Shown here piece after piece: positions 18,858-26,697 of a stretch of 38,041 bases of DNA; within the stretch, counting starts at the first letter, position 1; each line of letters opens with the position of its first letter. Where the stretch lies: assembly GCA_031366795.1 (NCBI GenBank), contig JANLOX010000205.1, positions 1 through 38,041 of the forward strand, written 5' to 3'. The DNA comes from Candidatus Eiseniibacteriota bacterium. GTDB taxonomy: Bacteria; Eisenbacteria; RBG-16-71-46. A model generated the notes under the pieces. That model saw only the letters and a program-made list of their open reading frames with translations. It was not told where the DNA came from and ran no database searches. A program made the position numbers and the translations under genes.

Positions 18858-19340
18858 ATGATCGCACCCACCCAGAATACTCCCGGCGAGCGCATGCTCG
18901 AGCTGTGGCGCCGCACCCACACGCTGCCGTTCGGCACCCGGCTCTTCGGCATCCTGCTCGGCCGCCTCGTCCCCTACAGCGGCAGCATCGCGCCCCGCGT
19001 CCTGGCGCTCGAGCCCGGCTTCGCGCGGATCGAGCTGCGGGACCGCCCGCGGCTGCGCAATCACCTGAACTCGATTCACGCCATCGCACTCGCGAACCTC
19101 GGCGAGCTCACCAGCGGGCTCGCGATGACGACCGTGCTGACGGCGGGCGTCAAGGCGATCGTCACGGGAATCCAGATCGACTACGCGAAGAAGGCACGCG
19201 GCCGCATCACCGCCGAGAGCCGGGTGACGCTGCCGAAGCTCAAGTCCGAAACGGAGCATGTGGTGCGCGCCGAGATGCGCGACGAGTCGGACGCGGTGGT
19301 GGCCCAACTCGCGGTGCGGTGGCGGTTGAGACCGGAATGA
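18858..19340 (+). CDS. Hot-dog-fold thioesterase (DUF4442/PaaI-like)
   Basis: 'VPYSGSI...RNHLNSIHAIALANLGE...IDYAKKARG'. Confidence 0.85.
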   Translation: MIAPTQNTPGERMLELWRRTHTLPFGTRLFGILLGRLVPYSGSIAPRVLALEPGFARIELRDRPRLRNHLNSIHAIALANLGELTSGLAMTTVLTAGVKAIVTGIQIDYAKKARGRITAESRVTLPKLKSETEHVVRAEMRDESDAVVAQLAVRWRLRPE

Positions 19341-20326
19341 GTTCGCCGCTCGATACGCCATTGACCCGCCACGCCGGCATCGAGGTGCCGCTGATCTGTG
19401 GCGCCATGTACCCCTGCAGCAATCCCGAACTCGTCGCCGCCGTCTCCCAGGCCGGCGGGCTGGGCGTGGTGCAGCCGATCTCGCTGACCTATGTGCACGG
19501 CCACGAATTTCGCGCCGGGCTGCGGCTGATCCGCAGCCTGACCCCCAAGCCCATCGGCATGAACGCGCTGATCGAGAAGCTGTCGCGCCACTACCACGAG
19601 CGCATGACGCAATGGGTCGAGGTGGCGCTCGAGGAAGGGGTCCGATTCTTCGTGACCTCGCTGGGCAACCCACGCTGGGTCGTGGATCGGGTGCATGCCG
19701 CGGGCGGCATCGTCTACCACGACGTGACGGAGGCCCGCTGGGCGGCGAAGGCTGCCCATGCCGGGGTCGATGGATTGATCGCGGTCAATTCACGCGCCGG
19801 CGGCCACCCGGGTCCGCGCGCGGCGGAGGCGTTGCTCGAGGAATTGCGGCCATTCGGATTGCCGGTCGTGTGCGCAGGCGGTATCGGCGATGCGCCCGAA
19901 TTCGTGAACGCCCTGGCGCTGGGCTACGCCGGCGTGCAGATGGGCACGCGCTTCATCGCCACGCCGGAATGCCGCGCAAGCGCGGGCTACAAGCACGCGA
20001 TCGTCGCGGCGAACGAGTCCGATGTCGTGTGGACTGAGCGCATTTCAGGCGTGGCTATGGCTGTCCTCAACACACCCTACATCCAGCGCACTGGCCTGCA
20101 TGCCAGCCCCCTGTCGCGCTGGCTGCTGCGCCAGCCGCGCACCAAACACCTGATGCGCAGCTTCTACACCCTGCGCTCGCTGTGGCGGCTCAAGCGCGCA
20201 TCGCTGCAGGAACGCCAGTCGAACGACTTCTGGCAGGCCGGCAAGAGTGTTGCCGGGATTCACGGCTTGGAGCCCGCCGGCGACATCGTGAAGCGGTTCG
20301 CCCGCGCCGCACTCGAAACGATTTAG
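19337..20326 (+). CDS. Nitronate monooxygenase / FabK-like FMN oxidoreductase
   Basis: ATGA overlap with the upstream gene; motifs 'PLICGAM', 'LVAAVSQAGGLG', 'AGGH', 'AGGIGD' and 'GVQMGTRF'. Confidence 0.9.
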   Translation: MSSPLDTPLTRHAGIEVPLICGAMYPCSNPELVAAVSQAGGLGVVQPISLTYVHGHEFRAGLRLIRSLTPKPIGMNALIEKLSRHYHERMTQWVEVALEEGVRFFVTSLGNPRWVVDRVHAAGGIVYHDVTEARWAAKAAHAGVDGLIAVNSRAGGHPGPRAAEALLEELRPFGLPVVCAGGIGDAPEFVNALALGYAGVQMGTRFIATPECRASAGYKHAIVAANESDVVWTERISGVAMAVLNTPYIQRTGLHASPLSRWLLRQPRTKHLMRSFYTLRSLWRLKRASLQERQSNDFWQAGKSVAGIHGLEPAGDIVKRFARAALETI

Positions 20327-20347
20327 CGCGGACGGCCCGGCGGCCTG

Positions 20348-22822
20348 CTAGCGCAGCAGCGGCAAGCGGTGCACGTCGGTGCCCCGCGCCGTGATGAGCC
20401 TCACGAAGTAGATCCCGGCGGGAGCAGCGCGGCCCGACTCATCGCGGCCCTCCCAGCGCAGTGCATGAGCTCCGGCGCCCATCGTGCCATGCGCCACCAA
20501 CACGACGCGGCGACCGGTGACGTCGAGCACTTCAACACTCGCGGTTCCGGCCTCGGCCAGCGAGAACTCGATCGCGGCTCCCTCGCGCGCCGGCACGGGT
20601 GCCAGCCGCGTGATCCGCGTCGGCGACACGGTGGGGCGTGAATCGACACCGACCGCGGCCGCCGGGGCGAACACCAGGATAGAGCGCGGCGGCAGCGAGA
20701 CCACGAGCGACTGCGCCTGGCCGTCGTAGGGCACGGCCTCGGTGGCCAGGGCACCATTGTCCGGACCTGAGCCGCCGTAGATGGCGGCCTCGGTGTTGAT
20801 CAGTTGCGACCACCCCCCGGCCGTCGGCGCGCCGATGCGGTAGATCGGGTAGGACGTGTTGCCGAAGTTGGCCATGACGAGGAACGACTGCCCCACCGCA
20901 TTCGTGCGCGTGAAGCCGACCACATTGCCGCTTTCGTTGAAGTGCAGCACGTTGATGGGGCGGTTCGCGCGGAAGGCATCGAGTCCGCGCCGCAGCAGGA
21001 TCAGCCGCTGGATGCACGCGTAGTACGGCGTGTAGGTCGTCAGCTTGGACCAGTCGATGCGGTTGGCTGTGCCAGTGCCGAAGTCGGTATCCTCGAGCCA
21101 CTCATCGCCCATCAGCATCGCCGGCACTCCGGGCGACAATAGCGTCAGCCCCAGCGCGAGCTTCATCCGCGCCTGCACGGTCGAAGTGTCATACGGGAAG
21201 CTGCCGTCGAGTGTCTTGACCAGGCGCTGCCCGCCACTGGTGGGCCACGCCTCGTCATGCAGTTGGAAGTAGTTGAAGACGCTCCGGCCATTCAAGTAGG
21301 CGCCGTTGCCATAGAGCGCCGAGCGGACCGCGGACATCGATGGATCGCCCGTGGGGCCTGAGAACAGGGCATTCCGCAGCGCGTCGCGGAACTGCATGTT
21401 GTACTGGGCGTCGAACCCCGCGCCGCCGAGACTCACGGGCTTCGTGATCGCGGCGTCGGTCGGCAACTGCTCGGCGATCGCGACCTTGTCCACGTAGCGG
21501 TTGTCGATCTCGTTGTTCAGCCGCTGCATCAGGCCCCAACCCGCGGCGGCCTGTGGGGAGATGTTCATGTAGCTCGTGGCGTCCATCCGGAAACCGTCGA
21601 GCCTGTAGTCCTTGAGCCACATCAGGGCCGCGTCGGCGTAGTAGTCGCGGACGGCCAGCTTGTCGAAGTCGGTCTGCGAACCCCACGGCGTATCGACCGC
21701 GGGAGTGTCGAACCACTGCTGCGTGCCGTCGTAGTTCCACAGGAAGTTGTCGCTGCTGCTGAAGTGATTCCACACGATGTCGAGGATCACCGCGATGCCG
21801 TGCACGTGCAGCGAGTCGACCAGTACCTTGAACTGGTCGGGCGTGCCGTACTTCCACTCCGGCGACCACTGCGTGATCGGGTTGTAGCCCGCCGAGAGAT
21901 CGCCGGGGAATTCCGTCACCGGATTGATCATCACGGCATTGACGCCGAGGTCCGCGAGATGGCCGATTCGCTTCGCGACATCGAGGTAGGTGCCCGGGTT
22001 ACTGGCGGCGCCCAAGGGATCGTTGCGCCCTGCATAGGTGCCGATGTGCAACTGGTAGACCACCATGTCCTCGAGCGGCGGCGTCTGGAAGTCGGTGACA
22101 CGCCAGTTGTAGCGCGCGGGCCATTCGATCACCGCGTTGTAGGGGCCGTTGGCGGCATCAAGCGAGCGCGCCCGCGGGTCGGTGTTCCAGGTGGCGTTAT
22201 TGAAGTAGTACTTGTACGAAGAGCGGTCCGCCACAGTGTTCGTGCGGCCGATCCAGTACTCGCCCACGCGGTTCATGACCAACCCCGCGCCCCAGCCGTT
22301 GAAGTCGCCGCGCACGCGCGCCGAAGTCGTCGTGGGTGACCACACCTTGAAGATCGTGCTCGTCCCGCCACTGGAGATCCCGACCGGCGCATGCTCAAGG
22401 GTCGTGTAGTTGAGCACGAAGCCGCCGTCGACCGGAACGCCACTGCTCACTCCGGAGGCGCTCAGGTAGGCGACCGTGGAGCCGTCGGTGAGCCGGAACC
22501 AGTAGCTCGTCTCGGTTCCCGGCAGCGTCACCTGCCACACGTCGTACGGCCCGCGCACGCCCTGGAGCGCCGCGCGGATCATACTGCCCGAGGGCCCCGT
22601 CATGAGATCGGCGGAGGTGAGGTCGTCATGCAGCGACTGGAAGGTGAGCACACACCCCGACGGGTCCACCGGACAACTCGGCACGCGATCCTGCCACGTG
22701 ATGTGGCTGAGTCCCCCCCACTCGACGATGTTGTCGTGAGCCGCCGCAGTGGCGCCGCTGGCTCCGAAACACAGGAGCGCCAAGGCAGCGAGCAGGGTGC
22801 GGCGGGGCAGGTCAGCGCGCAT
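20348..22822 (-). CDS. Secreted GH13 glycoside hydrolase (GlgB/TreZ-like core) with CBM34-like and CBM48-like domains and a C-terminal FlgD-like tail
   Basis: Signal peptide from ATG 22822; 'FKVWSP..VRGDFNGW', 'ILDIVWNH', catalytic 'GFRMDAT', 'IAEQL' and 'LHDE'; tail 'VLDVTGRRV...WEGRDESG...AGIYFVRL'. Confidence 0.88.
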   Translation of the reverse strand: MRADLPRRTLLAALALLCFGASGATAAAHDNIVEWGGLSHITWQDRVPSCPVDPSGCVLTFQSLHDDLTSADLMTGPSGSMIRAALQGVRGPYDVWQVTLPGTETSYWFRLTDGSTVAYLSASGVSSGVPVDGGFVLNYTTLEHAPVGISSGGTSTIFKVWSPTTTSARVRGDFNGWGAGLVMNRVGEYWIGRTNTVADRSSYKYYFNNATWNTDPRARSLDAANGPYNAVIEWPARYNWRVTDFQTPPLEDMVVYQLHIGTYAGRNDPLGAASNPGTYLDVAKRIGHLADLGVNAVMINPVTEFPGDLSAGYNPITQWSPEWKYGTPDQFKVLVDSLHVHGIAVILDIVWNHFSSSDNFLWNYDGTQQWFDTPAVDTPWGSQTDFDKLAVRDYYADAALMWLKDYRLDGFRMDATSYMNISPQAAAGWGLMQRLNNEIDNRYVDKVAIAEQLPTDAAITKPVSLGGAGFDAQYNMQFRDALRNALFSGPTGDPSMSAVRSALYGNGAYLNGRSVFNYFQLHDEAWPTSGGQRLVKTLDGSFPYDTSTVQARMKLALGLTLLSPGVPAMLMGDEWLEDTDFGTGTANRIDWSKLTTYTPYYACIQRLILLRRGLDAFRANRPINVLHFNESGNVVGFTRTNAVGQSFLVMANFGNTSYPIYRIGAPTAGGWSQLINTEAAIYGGSGPDNGALATEAVPYDGQAQSLVVSLPPRSILVFAPAAAVGVDSRPTVSPTRITRLAPVPAREGAAIEFSLAEAGTASVEVLDVTGRRVVLVAHGTMGAGAHALRWEGRDESGRAAPAGIYFVRLITARGTDVHRLPLLR

Positions 22823-22926
22823 GGAAGCGGGATCCTTGGGGCAGGGCGTCGTCGAGCTTTCGGCCGCGGGGGCATCCATGATCGCACGCGGGCCCGCCAC
22901 ACCACTAGCCTGAAATACCGGGGCCT

Positions 22927-23730
22927 CTAGCGGTACATCTGCTTCAGCCTGCCCCAGGTCGAGCGGCGCACCGGAACATCCTCACACTGCAGCACGTCGG
23001 CATACATGACTGGATTGCCGACCTGGTACTCGCTGACGAAATCGTAGGAGATGAAACCCACCGGGTTGAACGAGGTGCACACCTTCCCCGTGCCCTGCAC
23101 GGCGATCTGCGGTTTGTTCAGCGCGGTCGTATCGCTGGCGATCACGAAGTTTATGCCGAGGAACCCTTTGCCGAACTCACCCGGCGGCGCCATGATCTTG
23201 CAGGTGTTCGTGAAGGGAATCGCGAAGTCCACGGTAGTCAGCGCATCCTGGCAATCCAGAGTCTGGGAGAACTCATCACAGATGATGGCGTTCAGGTCCA
23301 GGTAGTTCGGGAAGTGGCAGGGCACGGGAACGATGCCCACGACGCTGATGGTGACCGTCAATGTTTCCGGGGCGTGGGGAAAGTACAGCGCGAGATGCGC
23401 AGCACCCAGCGTCCCGATGTTGCCACTCGAATATGCGCAGGCGGGACAGGAGTCCGGCCGCATCTCCATGTACGTCCAGTAGGTATCGTTCTCGCCGAAG
23501 AAAATCGTGCCGCCGTTCGTCTCGTCGCCGACGGAACCCACCGGCGTGCCGGCCATGCCGAGCTTGCACACATTCTGGGCCGCGTTCGTGCCCGGCAACC
23601 AGACCTTGTGCAGAGGGACGCCCGCCAACGACTTCACCGCAAGGGGCCGGGCTGCCCCGAAGGCAGCTTGTGCAAGAAGGACCGCCGCGCATACCAGAGC
23701 CACTGCGGCGACACCTCGATTGAAGCGCAT
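22927..23730 (-). CDS. Secreted Cys-rich hypothetical protein with C-terminal 'VPVRRSTWGRLKQMYR' tail
   Basis: ATG 23730 follows GGAGG; signal peptide; nine Cys in the mature region; high-GC3 codon pattern. Confidence 0.75.
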   Translation of the reverse strand: MRFNRGVAAVALVCAAVLLAQAAFGAARPLAVKSLAGVPLHKVWLPGTNAAQNVCKLGMAGTPVGSVGDETNGGTIFFGENDTYWTYMEMRPDSCPACAYSSGNIGTLGAAHLALYFPHAPETLTVTISVVGIVPVPCHFPNYLDLNAIICDEFSQTLDCQDALTTVDFAIPFTNTCKIMAPPGEFGKGFLGINFVIASDTTALNKPQIAVQGTGKVCTSFNPVGFISYDFVSEYQVGNPVMYADVLQCEDVPVRRSTWGRLKQMYR

Positions 23731-24013
23731 GAGCAACCCTCCGGCGGCACTGGGCAATAAAGAGGTGGCGAACCTCGATCAGCATACGACGAAACGAGGA
23801 TTTGCCTGTGTAAACTCCGCATTCAGTGCGTCATCGCGGGGTGAAATGAACCTCCTCACGGACGCCCGTTCCCAACAACATCGGCACGCCGGGGGTCCCA
23901 GCTTGAGTGCGGCCGCGCCCGTCGTGCGGATTGCACGAGGGGGCAGCCAGGAAGTGCCGCCAGCGGCGACAATACCGTGAACGGAAGGGTCGGCACTACG
24001 GTCCCCGGCACAG

Positions 24014-24706
24014 CTACAGCAGCTGGCGGGAACGCAGGCTCACCAGTCCGCGGGACGCGACGATGACGTGATCGAGCACGCCGATACCCACCAGGTCGCC
24101 GACCTGCACGAGCCGCCGCGAGATGCTGATGTCTTCCTCGCTGGGCTCGGGATCACCGCTCGGGTGGTTGTGCACCAACACCACGCTCGCGGCGGAGTGC
24201 ATGATCGCCGGGAGGAACACTTCGCGCGGGTGGACGATCGAGGCGTTGAGGCTGCCGATCGACACGACTTCGCGGCACTGCAGCTCATGGCGCGCGTTGA
24301 GCAGCAGCACCACGAAGTGCTCGCGGCGCGCCCGGCGCAGGTCGCGCACGTGGCGAAGCACATCCTCGGGGCCGCGGATCGGCGAGCCCGCGGCGGGCGA
24401 TTCCTGGGCGCGCCGGCCCAACTCGAATGCGGCGACCAGCGCTGCGGCGCGCGCCGGCCCGACTCCCGGCATCCGTGACCAGCGCGTGGCCGGCCAGCCG
24501 GCCAGCTCGGAGGGATGCCGGCGCGCCAGCGAACGCCCGATGCGCAGGGCGCTGCGTCCGGCGGTGCCCGAACCCAGCAACAGCGCGAGCAGTTCGGCAT
24601 CGGTCATGCCGGCAGCACCCCGCTCGCGAAGCTTTTCGCGCGGCCGCTGCGGCTGCGTAGGAATCGCACGGGGTAAGATCTGGACGGCGGGCTGGATTTC
24701 GGTCAT
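24014..24706 (-). CDS. radC: RadC (UPF0758) JAB/MPN-domain protein with HhH region
   Basis: 'RPREKL..G...MTDAELLALLLGSG', 'GVGPARA', 'VHPREVF', 'HNHPSGDPEPSEED' and 'LDHVI'. Confidence 0.95.
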   Translation of the reverse strand: MTEIQPAVQILPRAIPTQPQRPREKLRERGAAGMTDAELLALLLGSGTAGRSALRIGRSLARRHPSELAGWPATRWSRMPGVGPARAAALVAAFELGRRAQESPAAGSPIRGPEDVLRHVRDLRRARREHFVVLLLNARHELQCREVVSIGSLNASIVHPREVFLPAIMHSAASVVLVHNHPSGDPEPSEEDISISRRLVQVGDLVGIGVLDHVIVASRGLVSLRSRQLL

Positions 24707-24876
24707 GGGTTCGCCTGCGCGGGGGCTGAAAGGATCGCGGTGCAGCGGGTGCCGTGCGGCTCATGTCACGACCCCCGCGCACTTGGTTCGCGGAACGATG
24801 TAAGCAATAATCTATCCACGTTCGGCGCAACCCGATCCCAAGCGCCCCTACCCGTTCTTCCGTTGGAGCCCGATTC

Positions 24877-25761
24877 ATGCGTGTTCTCTTCCGTGCCGTC
24901 CTGATCATGGCGTTTTCGCTCATGCTGCTGCCGGTGGCCTCGGACGTCTTCAGCGCCGGCAACATCCCGATCCTGAGCGGCCTCGGCTACATCGACTACC
25001 GCAATAGGCCACGCTTCAAGGTCGGGGACTGGATCAAGTACCACTTCTCGAGCAAGAGCGATGACGGGCGCAGCGAGGACTACGACATCACCATGCTGGT
25101 GGGCGGCGAGGAGCGCTTCTGGGGCGACGATTGCTTCTGGCTCGAGACCTGGGCGGGTGGCCGCACGCTGCCGGCCCAGAAGAACGCGGTGCTGATGTCC
25201 TACTCCGCCTTCGGCGACACGGCATGGCTCCAACATATCGATGTCTACCAGCGCAAGACCGCAGCCCTCGTGGCGAAGGATGAGATCGCCCAGGAACTGG
25301 TGCGACGGGTGCTGGGCGGGCGCGCCACCTCGACCGACCGGGCCTCGCTGACCGTGCTGACCGACACGCTGGGCACCGACACGGTTACCGTCGATTCAGG
25401 TTTGCTACGCTGCACCAAGGTCACGCGCAAGGCGGGCGTCGGCTCCGTCGAGGAACATGGCGACAGCACGTTGCGCATCGAGAACTGGAGCCGCAAGACG
25501 CTGCTGCTGGCTCCGCGGATCCCGATGACCAGCCTCGCCCGCGAGTTCGACGAACGTTGGGTGACACGCAAGACATGGCGCGTCGGCAAATCAGCGGACG
25601 CGATCCAGAACTACGCGATGCGCGGAACCGGGACGCTGACCCTGGTCGGCTACGGTTCGGGTAATCTGCAACCTGTGGTCACGCCGCTCAACGCGCGCGG
25701 CAAGTTCGTCTCCAAGGCGGCGCCGCGCAGGGCGGCACCCAAGGCGCGCAAGCGAAGCTAG
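24877..25761 (+). CDS. Exported hypothetical protein
   Basis: Signal-like N terminus, high-GC3 codon usage, beta-rich sequence and basic C-terminal tail; fills the gap between radC and ftsY. Confidence 0.75.
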   Translation: MRVLFRAVLIMAFSLMLLPVASDVFSAGNIPILSGLGYIDYRNRPRFKVGDWIKYHFSSKSDDGRSEDYDITMLVGGEERFWGDDCFWLETWAGGRTLPAQKNAVLMSYSAFGDTAWLQHIDVYQRKTAALVAKDEIAQELVRRVLGGRATSTDRASLTVLTDTLGTDTVTVDSGLLRCTKVTRKAGVGSVEEHGDSTLRIENWSRKTLLLAPRIPMTSLAREFDERWVTRKTWRVGKSADAIQNYAMRGTGTLTLVGYGSGNLQPVVTPLNARGKFVSKAAPRRAAPKARKRS

Positions 25762-25780
25762 CGCGAACGGATCGGCCGCA

Positions 25781-26683
25781 TCACTCGAACAGGCCGCGCG
25801 CGAACGCCTTAGGCTCGAACGGCTGCCAGTCCTCGAGCCCCTCGCCGAGCCCCACGATACTGATGGGCAGTCCCAACTCGTGGGCAATCGCGATGACGGC
25901 CCCGCCGCGCGCCGTGCCGTCGAGCTTGGTCAGCGCGAGACTGGTTACGGCCACGATCTTCTGGAATTCGCGCGCCTGCTGAATGCTGTTCTGGCCGAGG
26001 TTCGCGTCGAGCACCAGCAGGACATGATGCGGCGCGCCCGGCACCACGCGGCCGCACACGCGCTGGATCTTCGCCAGCTCCGCCATCAGGTTGTCGCGCG
26101 TATGCAGGCGTCCGGCGGTATCGATCAACACGGCGTCATGGCCCCGCGCAACCGCGGCGCTCAAGGCATCGTGCACGACCGCCGCGGGGTCGGCCCCATC
26201 GCGGGCGCGCACCAGTTCCACTCCGCCCCGCTGCGCCCACACTTCGAGTTGCTCGGCGGCGGCGGCGCGAAACGTGTCGGCGGCCACCAGCACGGGTTGC
26301 TTCCCCTGCGCCGCGAAGGCCGCGGCGAGCTTGCCCGCCAGTGTCGTCTTGCCGACGCCATTGACGCCGACGATCAGGGCGACCCACGGGCGCTCAGGTC
26401 CGGGCTCGAACGGCGCGCGATTGGCCCCCAGCAGTTCGACGGTGGTGCGTTCGAGGGCTCCGCGCAGGTCCAGTTCAGGCTCGCGCCGCAGCAACTGCTC
26501 GGCGCGTTCGATCAGCCGCTCCGCCGTCGCGGGTCCCGCGTCGGCCGCGAGCAGGGCGTCCTCGAGATGCTGGCGCGTCTCGGCGCTGACCGCCCCGCGC
26601 TGCCCGAGCAGCGAGCCCACCTGCTGCTCGATCCGCTCACGCGTGAGCGCGAGACCGGACCGGAACTTCTGCCACAGGCTCAC
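25781..26683 (-). CDS. ftsY: Signal recognition particle receptor FtsY
   Basis: 'GVNGVGKTT', 'DTFRAAA', 'DTAGRLH' and 'TKLDGTARGG'. Confidence 0.97.
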   Translation of the reverse strand: MSLWQKFRSGLALTRERIEQQVGSLLGQRGAVSAETRQHLEDALLAADAGPATAERLIERAEQLLRREPELDLRGALERTTVELLGANRAPFEPGPERPWVALIVGVNGVGKTTLAGKLAAAFAAQGKQPVLVAADTFRAAAAEQLEVWAQRGGVELVRARDGADPAAVVHDALSAAVARGHDAVLIDTAGRLHTRDNLMAELAKIQRVCGRVVPGAPHHVLLVLDANLGQNSIQQAREFQKIVAVTSLALTKLDGTARGGAVIAIAHELGLPISIVGLGEGLEDWQPFEPKAFARGLFE

Positions 26684-26697
26684 AAGCTAGCCGGGAC

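Noticed and set aside
23762..23800. Hammerhead-like fragments (GACGAAAC on plus, CTGATCGAG on minus)
   Set aside because: The two core halves lie on opposite strands, so no hammerhead fold is possible.
24014..24706. radC as a marker of a mobile element
   Set aside because: It is the full-length HhH+JAB chromosomal form, with no integrase, transposase or att-like repeats nearby.
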